From Oscillospiraceae bacterium (GTDB taxonomy: Bacteria > Bacillota > Clostridia > Oscillospirales > CAG-272), in the NCBI GenBank assembly GCA_015065065.1, contig SVQX01000003.1, forward strand, positions 21,930 through 85,929: 64,000 nucleotides of DNA, written 5' to 3'. This document shows, piece by piece, positions 45,739-52,907 of this stretch. Below the pieces are notes generated by a model. That model saw only the letters and a list, made by a program, of their open reading frames with translations. It searched no databases and was not told the origin of the DNA. Position 1 is the first letter of the stretch. Each line of letters starts with the position of its first letter. A program made the translations under genes and the position numbers.

Positions 45739-47312
45739 ATCCGCACCTCCGTTTTGTTGGGTAGCATATCTTTTATTCGTACCCACGTTCCGTCCTCTCT
45801 CATTATCCGGTGATCTTCTGTGCCCTCAAAAACTGTTCCATCCTCAAGCTCTACACGATATACCTTGGCTTTTCTTCTCGTCATACGAACGTCAGAAAAA
45901 CGGTGATATTCGCCATCATGCGATAATACCAATCCTTCCTTCCCCACCAAGCGTTCAATCGGTACATAGCCTTCATCAGTACGAATGAGCGTATCCCCAA
46001 CAAGACAGTGGTCCTCGCCCGAGGAATCCACGTCCTCCACACGCACGTCGTCAAACTGAAGCGCGGGCAGGGTGCGGATGAAGTCGCGGCAGTTATTGAA
46101 TACGTACATCTGCGCAAAGCCCTCCTCGTCAAAGCTGAGGCGGTAATGCAGCTGCATCCAGCCGGGTATGCGCTCGTGATCTCCCTTGTTAAAGTAAACG
46201 CGCCGAGACGCGGCAACCTCCGCTATTGACGGGCCGCCGTTCTGCGCCCAGATAGCGGGATCGGCAACACCGATTATCTGTTTACCCTTTAGCCACCTGT
46301 GTTCCCTCTCGGTACGCGCTATCTCCTCAAATATCCGTTCGTTGTTCCACTTAACACCCGTGTCGGGACTGCTCTCCTTGCAACCGTAAAGCTCAAGGAT
46401 GCGGTACGCCACACCCTGATAATCCACAGCCCACCAGCCACAGGAGAAGGGCTTGGCATATCCCCAGTCGAAGCTACGGTATATGTTCCAACCGTCCGGA
46501 ATATCGAAAGGCTTGATAACGTGCGTCCACCGTCTGTCCTCGTAGTGGGCGGGATCGTTTTTCCATTCTGCGAATACCTGCCCCGTGTAGCTGTCCCAAT
46601 TTCCGTAAAGCAGAGCCTCGCGCTCTGCCTCGGGCATTGACGCAAGCCTTGTAATGTACTCGGGATTTGCATCAAGCAACGCCTTGTTGTCAAATACGCT
46701 GGCAGGGATAAATATGCGGGAGAGCCGTCCAACCACTCGCTTGCCCTCGGGGGTAACGTACTCGTGATCCGTCCACATTGTAGTCATTGGCGGCGCGGGA
46801 GTAATGAATCTGTCCTTTACCCATCCGTGACCGACTCCTCCGGGGTTTGCGGATGCGCGGATATAGCACCGCGTGCCGGGACCGTTTGGACGGTTACGGG
46901 ATATCAGATAGATGTATTCCTCAAGTGTAAAATGTGTCAGCTCGTCAAAGGCGATATAGTCGTAAGCGCGACCTTGGTATTTGAGCTTGTCCTGAGTGCG
47001 GTGCAGATCTCCGAAAATGACCTTCGCACCGCTCGGAAAGGTCCACGAATGCTTTGCCTCGTTGTACTTTGCCTTCGGATATATCAGCGGATAGTAGTTC
47101 TGACTTTTGCCGATAAGCTCCTCAAGCTCAGGGTACGTCTTACGGAGAAGCAGCCCCTTGTAGTGCGGTATGTCTACCTGACGGAGGGCTTCAAGCACCA
47201 AAGCCTCCGACTTTCCGCCCCCCGCCGCTCCGCCGTAAAGCGCTTCATATTCCGCCCGCGCCATAAATGCCGCCTGCCTCGGCTGCGGCGACCAAACCAC
47301 GTTCTTACCCAT
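45729..47312 (-). CDS. terL: terminase large subunit, N-terminal fragment: N-extein plus 92-aa N-intein
   Basis: ATG 47312 follows AAGGAGG. Walker A LYGGAAGGGKSEAL and Walker B YDYIAFDELTHF. The intein starts at GEDH|CLVGDTLIRTDEG (Cys1 codon 46005-46007), with an in-frame stop 92 aa later. Confidence 0.85.
   Translation of the reverse strand: MGKNVVWSPQPRQAAFMARAEYEALYGGAAGGGKSEALVLEALRQVDIPHYKGLLLRKTYPELEELIGKSQNYYPLIYPKAKYNEAKHSWTFPSGAKVIFGDLHRTQDKLKYQGRAYDYIAFDELTHFTLEEYIYLISRNRPNGPGTRCYIRASANPGGVGHGWVKDRFITPAPPMTTMWTDHEYVTPEGKRVVGRLSRIFIPASVFDNKALLDANPEYITRLASMPEAEREALLYGNWDSYTGQVFAEWKNDPAHYEDRRWTHVIKPFDIPDGWNIYRSFDWGYAKPFSCGWWAVDYQGVAYRILELYGCKESSPDTGVKWNNERIFEEIARTEREHRWLKGKQIIGVADPAIWAQNGGPSIAEVAASRRVYFNKGDHERIPGWMQLHYRLSFDEEGFAQMYVFNNCRDFIRTLPALQFDDVRVEDVDSSGEDHCLVGDTLIRTDEGYVPIERLVGKEGLVLSHDGEYHRFSDVRMTRRKAKVYRVELEDGTVFEGTEDHRIMREDGTWVRIKDMLPNKTEVRICR
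45732..46007 (-). other. split-intein N-half (IntN, 92 aa)
   Basis: Block A CLVGDTLI and a block-B-like GTEDHRI. It ends at a stop codon, not at an endonuclease domain. Confidence 0.75.
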
Positions 47313-47341
47313 GCATTCCTCCTTAATGAATAATTGACGTG

Positions 47342-47400
47342 GATTTCCGCCACAGCGGAAATCGTCCTTCACTATTCACTTTTCACTCTTCACTCTTCAC
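47342..47400 (+). repeat. hairpin-plus-heptad element, family 1
   Basis: GATTTCCGC-CACA-GCGGAAATC, then CCTTCAC TATTCAC TTTTCAC TCTTCAC TCTTCAC. The terS stop (47390-47392) lies inside the heptads. Confidence 0.85.
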
Positions 47401-47848
47401 TTTTTTCGTCTATCATTTCCGCCAACGGCAGCATCACAGTTCCACCCTGCACCGCATCAACAGATACCTCGACCTTGTCGCGCCAGCGCTCGGGGTTGCG
47501 GTTGTTCAGCCAATATTTCTGCGCGCGGAAATCCGCAGGGAGAACTACCACCTTGTCCTCGACAAGCTCCTTTATCTCACCGTTCTTGTCAAGCACCTGC
47601 TTGTGAAGCTTGACGACCTGTGTGCGATCAAAGCAACACTTGTATATCTCCTTTTCCACCGCCTCGCACTTTTCGCGGTCGTAGAGTACGGAGCGAATAA
47701 CGTCGCTCTTTTTGCACCAACGGTTAAGTGTTGTGCGGGTAATTCCTATACGTCTGGCAATTTCGCCGAGATCCAGCGTAGCCCACTGACGTAACCGCTC
47801 AAGACCTTCACCGCCGGTATATTCCTCAATGCTGACTCCGCGAGCCAT
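47390..47848 (-). CDS. terS: terminase small subunit (HTH)
   Basis: ATG 47848 follows GGAGGTGAGCGG. HTH LGEIARRIGITRTTLNRWCKK. Lies immediately upstream of terL. Confidence 0.6.
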   Translation of the reverse strand: MARGVSIEEYTGGEGLERLRQWATLDLGEIARRIGITRTTLNRWCKKSDVIRSVLYDREKCEAVEKEIYKCCFDRTQVVKLHKQVLDKNGEIKELVEDKVVVLPADFRAQKYWLNNRNPERWRDKVEVSVDAVQGGTVMLPLAEMIDEKSEE

Positions 47849-47881
47849 CCGCTCACCTCCTCTTTTTTGCTTTCTGCCTGC

Positions 47882-47911
47882 ATTATAGCAGAAAATAAAA
47901 AATAATGTCAC
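47882..47911 (-). promoter_or_regulatory. candidate late-operon promoter
   Basis: On the minus strand: GTGACA, an 18-nt spacer, then TATAAT, directly downstream of a terminator hairpin. Confidence 0.4.
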
Positions 47912-47925
47912 ACCACCCCTTGACA

Positions 47926-47968
47926 TAGAAAAAAGGCAAGCCCCACAAGGGAAAACTTGCCTTTTTAA
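47926..47968. terminator. bidirectional hairpin terminator between the early and late modules
   Basis: AAAGGCAAG...CTTGCCTTT with A/T runs on both sides. Confidence 0.6.
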
Positions 47969-48088
47969 AAAAATAATATATTTTGGCGCCACAAGTTGGG
48001 AATGCCTTATCTAAAGCCTCTCCCCACGGGAGAGGTGGCGGCGTAGCCGACGGAGAGGGCGCCTCACCCTTCGGGAGAAGTATAGGAA

Positions 48089-48113
48089 GTAGGGGCGATT
48101 CACGAATCGCCCG
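48089..48113. repeat. host-type REP palindrome inside the prophage
   Basis: GTAGGGGCGATTCACGAATCGCCCG, the same unit as at 8354-8427. Confidence 0.85.
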
Positions 48114-48116
48114 CCG

Positions 48117-48338
48117 TTAATCACCAGGATACTTCTCCTTGAGCGCCCAAAATAGCCCGCAGTCCCAATACCGCGCGCAACAATACGTCCGCGTAAACCG
48201 TTCTAACTCCGCGCGCGACGAAAAGACGAGGTGGGTAGAGCATTTTTCGCACACTCCCTCGCATTTTAACTTTTTTTCCTTCGGCAAAGCCTTCTTGTAG
48301 AACGGACAGCGCACGTCGGCATCAATGTAATTACTCAT
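48117..48338 (-). CDS. small Cys-rich protein (73 aa)
   Basis: ATG 48338 overlaps the upstream stop (ATGA). MSNYIDADVRCPFYKK...CEGVCEKC. Confidence 0.5.
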   Translation of the reverse strand: MSNYIDADVRCPFYKKALPKEKKLKCEGVCEKCSTHLVFSSRAELERFTRTYCCARYWDCGLFWALKEKYPGD

Positions 48339-49255
48339 CACACCACCTCCGCGTACCGCTCGCGCATCCGCCTCAGCTCCGCTGCCTCCGACCGGCGGCG
48401 CTTTGCCTCCCGCCGCCCGGGATCGGTGTCGCGGCGGTATAGCTTGATATGTATAACCCACTCACGGAATTGCTCAATGTAGATCGCCTCCGCCTCGGAC
48501 ATATAATATCCTGGATAGCGGGACTCCACGGGCGCATATCGCTCCTCTGTGGTCTCTACTCCCTTTCCAACTCCCGCATTGATATCCTCAATAGCACGCG
48601 CCAGCTCATCCGTCGCCTCGGCGGAAATACCGGCGTTAAGCTCAGCATACCCGGTGCGCTCCAAATTGCGCGAGCCATACCAGCGATGCTCACCGTTAAT
48701 GCGCCCCTGCTTTGTAAGATAAGCGGAAAGCGCCTCAAATCCGTTGCTGCTTGCCTGAAGCGTGCGCACGTTAACAATATCAGCCATCCCCCACAGCTCG
48801 CGGATGCGGGACTCCGAGAGCCCGCCCGTCATAAGAAGGTGAGGATGCATTCGCTTACCGTCGCCACCTTCGATAACGTAGAGATATTTGAACTCGCGCA
48901 CCGCCTCAAATGCATTGTTGGAAAGAATATTGAGGGCAACGTGCGCCCTCTTTACACGTCGAAGGAAATTGCGCATCAGAAGGCGCACCTCCGCTCTGGT
49001 GGCGGGATAGTGTGCCTCATCAAAGGTAAGCGTTATGTATAAGTCGCGTCCGTCCTCAAAATTCGCGTTGACGATACGGTTCAGATTCATAATGGCGTTG
49101 CGCTCATTCACGCGCGCCTGTGCCTCACTCGTAGCCTTACCGAGAGCGCGGGGCTGACGTCGCTTGCCCTTTACTCGGTAAAGCAACGTGTCGCAGAACC
49201 CAAGCCCCATATTGTACGACGTCTCCCGTGTATATCTTATATCACCGTTTGCCAT
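48338..49255 (-). CDS. HUH-type rolling-circle Rep-like protein
   Basis: Three motifs in canonical order: LYITLTF (motif I), MHPHLLM (HUH-like) and SAYLTKQ (YxxK). Confidence 0.55.
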   Translation of the reverse strand: MANGDIRYTRETSYNMGLGFCDTLLYRVKGKRRQPRALGKATSEAQARVNERNAIMNLNRIVNANFEDGRDLYITLTFDEAHYPATRAEVRLLMRNFLRRVKRAHVALNILSNNAFEAVREFKYLYVIEGGDGKRMHPHLLMTGGLSESRIRELWGMADIVNVRTLQASSNGFEALSAYLTKQGRINGEHRWYGSRNLERTGYAELNAGISAEATDELARAIEDINAGVGKGVETTEERYAPVESRYPGYYMSEAEAIYIEQFREWVIHIKLYRRDTDPGRREAKRRRSEAAELRRMRERYAEVV

Positions 49256-49549
49256 ATTTTCTCCTCTTTTTTATTTTCCGCGCAGGCGGATATATGGGGC
49301 GCCGCCCCACACCCCGCAAGCCTTTCTTTCGAGAAAGGCTTGACCGAAAGAACTTGCCCGCAAATTATTTTTGTCTAAATTTGTTTACGATGGTTACAAC
49401 CGCAACCATCTCTATAACCCCCGTGGGACCCTCTCCCACCGGGCTATTTAATTTTCAATTTTCAATTCGCATAATATGTATCGCGTGTGCGCGCACCGCC
49501 GCCCGCGCCCGCCGCTCTGCACGTTTGTAACATTCCCACCGACCGCGCG

Positions 49550-50023
49550 TCAAAGGAATATATCGTCTATCCCCGCCTGCTCGTCACACTCCAGCTCGAA
49601 CACCGAATTGTAAAGCATTGATCGCACGTATATCTTTTTGCAGGTGTCACCGCATCCGCGAGCGTGTATGATATCAATAACGTGTTGAATATGATCCGCA
49701 CGGATCTCGGCGAATACCTCCTTGACAAGCACCGCATCAAGCATCTCGCCGCTTATCTTGATCTGCCCCGCGGGGCGCATCTTTATCACCTCCGCAATAA
49801 TTCGGCAAAGCGCCTCCGCAAGCCGATACTCAGAGCAACGCTTACCCATCGGAGGACGTGCAAAGCTTTCAAGTTCTATCTGCTGCCTTGCAAGCTCTAC
49901 CGCCTCCCCGAAAGTGATCCCGCGTTCCTCGATGACCGCCCACTGCGTGGGCTGACAGACCGCGCCTGCGGCGCCTGACGTGTTGTTCCGTTCTGCACTG
50001 AAATTGATTGCCTTGTTCTCCAT
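49550..50023 (-). CDS. phage early hypothetical protein (157 aa)
   Basis: ATG 50023 follows AAAGGAGAG. Confidence 0.5.
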   Translation of the reverse strand: MENKAINFSAERNNTSGAAGAVCQPTQWAVIEERGITFGEAVELARQQIELESFARPPMGKRCSEYRLAEALCRIIAEVIKMRPAGQIKISGEMLDAVLVKEVFAEIRADHIQHVIDIIHARGCGDTCKKIYVRSMLYNSVFELECDEQAGIDDIFL

Positions 50024-50249
50024 TCCTGCTCTCCTTTCTTTCTCCCCGTCTGAAACGGTTCTTCTTTTAATACAGCAATACCAGCCGAATTTGAGGAAGC
50101 GACCCTCAAAATTTACGCTGTTATTATATTGTTTGGGAGCCTGTACGGACTTGAACCGTAAATATCGCCCATGCGCAGGCCCGTATATTATATAAATGTA
50201 TCGTTTCGGGGAGGAGACGATTTGACGTCCCCTCCACACACTTTTAAAT

Positions 50250-50849
50250 TCAGATCCTCATTTGCTCCGTCCGTCTCGCCTTCTCATCGGCGAGAGCCAG
50301 CGCCGCCGCATTGTAGATAGCGCCGACAGTTTCTACAAACTTGTCATCCGCGGGCGCATATACGTACACAATACCGCGCAATATGCATCCGATCTTGACG
50401 GCAACGTACTCCACACCGTTTGCATCGCGCCGGCGGTAGAGTTCAAGCTCCTTCAGCTTTTCAAAAGGAGTCAGATACTTGCGCTGAATGCAGATAAGCT
50501 TGTCCGCTTCGTCCTTCAGGAGCAGCAGCTCCGCACCGTTGACGGTGATCTTGATGTCGTAAGGCTCAAGCAGAACGTCCTCGTCCGACAGATCCGCAAA
50601 GCAAACGCTCTCCGGAAGCTGCGCCTCGTGATGAAAGACGATCTTCTCCCGCTTCTTCGCGTCAATGTCAAACATCACAAGTACACCCTCCTCCGTCAGC
50701 ATCGGAAGCCCGTCCAGCGGATAGAACGCGCGTCCGTCGCCCATCCATTGACGTGCAACGGTGACAGACTCCTCGCCCTCCACCCGCTCGTCCAGCAGAG
50801 CTATGTACCCCTCTGCCTTCACCAGCCGTTCAATAGCCTTAAATTTCAT
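50250..50849 (-). CDS. phage early hypothetical protein (199 aa)
   Basis: ORF in operon register. Confidence 0.5.
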   Translation of the reverse strand: MKFKAIERLVKAEGYIALLDERVEGEESVTVARQWMGDGRAFYPLDGLPMLTEEGVLVMFDIDAKKREKIVFHHEAQLPESVCFADLSDEDVLLEPYDIKITVNGAELLLLKDEADKLICIQRKYLTPFEKLKELELYRRRDANGVEYVAVKIGCILRGIVYVYAPADDKFVETVGAIYNAAALALADEKARRTEQMRI

Positions 50850-51204
50850 CCAGATCCACTCCTTCTATTACCGCCCTTATCTCCAACACGTGGAGATAAC
50901 GTCCCATAGCCGATTGCTGATCACGGAGCAGTGCCAAAGGGCAGTCGTGCTTTGGCATTTCGATGGTCGCATTCCCATCGAGCTGGGCGCACTCCGCCGC
51001 TTCGATCTTGTTGCAGAACGCCTTCAGCTTTTCATATCTGATCTTGGTCTGGTGATACTCCGCCTTGAATCTCTCCTTGTAGTCCGTGCTTTGCATCCCC
51101 TCGATAGTGTCCTTGAGTTCCATTTTTCTTGCCTTCCCTTCATTTTTATTTGCTTCTTGAGCACCTTTTGTATTTTTGTAAAGTCCGCTTATACCCGTAG
51201 GCAT
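50839..51204 (-). CDS. phage early hypothetical protein (121 aa)
   Basis: AAAGGAG RBS 9 nt upstream of ATG 51204. Confidence 0.5.
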   Translation of the reverse strand: MPTGISGLYKNTKGAQEANKNEGKARKMELKDTIEGMQSTDYKERFKAEYHQTKIRYEKLKAFCNKIEAAECAQLDGNATIEMPKHDCPLALLRDQQSAMGRYLHVLEIRAVIEGVDLDEI

Positions 51205-51210
51205 TGATTA

Positions 51211-51441
51211 TTACTCCTTTTCTCTTTTCAAAAGCTGATCTATTTTCTTGTTCGTGGGCTCAACGAATTTTTCCACAATACCCTGCTCCTCGTTCAGCCG
51301 CTGCCATTCCCGCTCCCGCTTCCAGAACGGCGCCCGATCGACAGTATGGCAAGTCTTAATGCAAACAGACACCGTAGCAGCACTCCACATCCCGTCACAG
51401 GCGCGCTCATTACACCACTTTTTAAATTGTCTGTAGGTCAT
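51211..51441 (-). CDS. phage early hypothetical protein (76 aa)
   Basis: ORF whose start overlaps the stop of the upstream ORF by 4 nt. Confidence 0.45.
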   Translation of the reverse strand: MTYRQFKKWCNERACDGMWSAATVSVCIKTCHTVDRAPFWKREREWQRLNEEQGIVEKFVEPTNKKIDQLLKREKE

Positions 51442-51821
51442 ACAGTGTCCTCCGTATATTTCTTTTCAAGCTTTGCAAAATCGGCAGGATCTATGCACCA
51501 AAACGGCTCTTTTTCAATTTCAACCATTCCTTCGCGTACAACGGGAAAAACGTGCATTTTTGCGAGATCCTTAAGCTCCTCGAAAATTCGTTCCGCGACA
51601 TTGGTCTGCTTGCGGTAGCCCAACTGCGTTATAATATACCGTGCGATACTCGTTTCTTCATCTTCGTATGCATTTCCTGACAAACGGCTTAATACATCAA
51701 ACCCTATTTTCTCGTTGTCAAGTTTTCTAATTCGCAGGGAGTGCGCCATTTCTTCGATTTCTTCTTCCGTAATTTTCAATTTGGGCACCACGCTTGGCGT
51801 GGTGCGATTTTCAATTTTCAC
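51438..51821 (-). CDS. phage early protein whose first ~18 codons are encoded by a hairpin repeat
   Basis: GTG 51821 overlaps the stop of the upstream micro-ORF (GTGA). N-terminus MKIENRTTPSVVPKLKITE. Confidence 0.5.
   Translation of the reverse strand: MKIENRTTPSVVPKLKITEEEIEEMAHSLRIRKLDNEKIGFDVLSRLSGNAYEDEETSIARYIITQLGYRKQTNVAERIFEELKDLAKMHVFPVVREGMVEIEKEPFWCIDPADFAKLEKKYTEDTV
51765..51820 (+). repeat. 56-bp repeat, copy 1: hairpin GCACCACGC-TTG-GCGTGGTGC flanked by AATTTTC-type heptads
   Basis: Near-identical to 52518-52573. Confidence 0.9.
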
Positions 51822-51958
51822 TTCTCCTCACCTCTTTTGCCTAATACCTTAACCATCAATTTTATGGCATCTCGGCAACCGTTTATCTTTGCAATACTTG
51901 AATTCGCTGTACACTTGCCTTTGTGATTTGACAAGGGACAAAAATCGCATTTACACAT
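51818..51958 (-). CDS. 46-aa Cys-rich micro-ORF (not in the ORF track)
   Basis: MCKCDFCPLSNHKGKCTANSSIAKINGCRDAIKLMVKVLGKRGEEK. Translationally coupled at both ends (TGATG and GTGA overlaps). Confidence 0.45.
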   Translation of the reverse strand: MCKCDFCPLSNHKGKCTANSSIAKINGCRDAIKLMVKVLGKRGEEK

Positions 51959-52260
51959 CACCCCTCACCGCCTTTCAACGCCTCGTAGGTTTTTTCAAAT
52001 ATATCGGGCTTGCAAGGATAAAATTCACCTTTGACACCTTTGATGATATAATCTCCGATTGAAGCAAGATGTTCACCCTCAAGAGTTTTTATAATTAAAC
52101 CGCCTTTTATTTTATCGTGGTCAATATAAAAATTTTCTCCCGAACTTGACATAAACTCATTTGTTAATTCATAGTTAGTTAAAAAATCAAACATTTCTCG
52201 ATGATTTTCACCATTCCATTGAATAGCATCAATCACAACAGGTTTCTTTCTGTATTTCAT
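51958..52260 (-). CDS. phage hypothetical protein (100 aa)
   Basis: MKYRKKPVVIDAIQWNG, a common small phage protein N-terminus. Confidence 0.55.
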   Translation of the reverse strand: MKYRKKPVVIDAIQWNGENHREMFDFLTNYELTNEFMSSSGENFYIDHDKIKGGLIIKTLEGEHLASIGDYIIKGVKGEFYPCKPDIFEKTYEALKGGEG

Positions 52261-52574
52261 TCCTCCGCACCGCCTTTCTCGGTTGGGAGGTCAGTCCAAT
52301 CAAGAGCCTGTCCGCATCTGCAATGATGGTCATTAGGAAATAAACTTCTATGGCAAGTCGGACAATGCTCTTTTTCGTAAACACCGTTGTCATTGTCAAG
52401 ATACGGCTTTTTTGAAATCTGTTTTTCAAGCGCCTCAACAGCCATATCTAATGCTTCGCACAAAATTATGTATCCGCTTGTAGGTTTGTTACACTTTATT
52501 GCGTTGATAGCTTCCGCTTCCGTAATTTTCAATTTGGGCACCACGCTTGGCGTGGTGCGATTTTCCATTTTCAT
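52257..52574 (-). CDS. zinc-ribbon-like phage protein whose N-terminus is encoded by the hairpin repeat
   Basis: ATG 52574 overlaps the upstream stop (ATGA). N-terminus MKMENRTTPSVVPKLKITE. Cys motif CPTCH...CRCG. Confidence 0.55.
   Translation of the reverse strand: MKMENRTTPSVVPKLKITEAEAINAIKCNKPTSGYIILCEALDMAVEALEKQISKKPYLDNDNGVYEKEHCPTCHRSLFPNDHHCRCGQALDWTDLPTEKGGAEE
52518..52573 (+). repeat. 56-bp repeat, copy 2
   Basis: See 51765-51820. Confidence 0.9.
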
Positions 52575-52819
52575 TTCTTAACCCCCTTCAGCCCAAGCAC
52601 CACGTACCCCTCCTTGCAGTATTCGCGGTTGTCCAGCACGTAGCTTACCTTCTTTTTAACCTCTCGCCCGGTGTAGGAGCCTCGGTCGTACTCTCTGAGG
52701 TTGAGGATATCCCCAACCTCAAAATTACGGTCGTTGTACCGTACCTCAAAGGGCTTTTTGCCGTTCTTTACGTCATCAAAATACACCGATGAGATCTTCA
52801 GATCGTGTGTTTTTGCCAT
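52571..52819 (-). CDS. DUF3850 / ASCH-PUA-like small protein
   Basis: HDLKISSVYFDDVKNGKKPFEVRYNDRNFEVGDILNLREY. Confidence 0.7.
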   Translation of the reverse strand: MAKTHDLKISSVYFDDVKNGKKPFEVRYNDRNFEVGDILNLREYDRGSYTGREVKKKVSYVLDNREYCKEGYVVLGLKGVKK

Positions 52820-52839
52820 ATTTTATCCTTCCCGATGGA

Positions 52840-52901
52840 GATTTCCGCCGCACAGGCGGAAATCATCCACCACTTTTCACTTTTCACTATTAACTATTAA
52901 C
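52840..52901 (+). repeat. hairpin-plus-heptad element, family 1
   Basis: GATTTCCGCC-GCACA-GGCGGAAATC, then TTTTCAC TTTTCAC TATTAAC TATTAAC. Confidence 0.85.
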
Positions 52902-52907
52902 TCTCTC

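Noticed and set aside
45729-45786. Programmed frameshift, or a sequencing frameshift, joining IntN to the HNH ORF to make one contiguous intein
   Set aside because: IntN (92 aa) and IntC (35 aa) have the sizes of natural split inteins. The HNH and IntC ORFs each have their own strong RBS and ATG. A sequencing error cannot be excluded and is listed as the refutation test for that finding.
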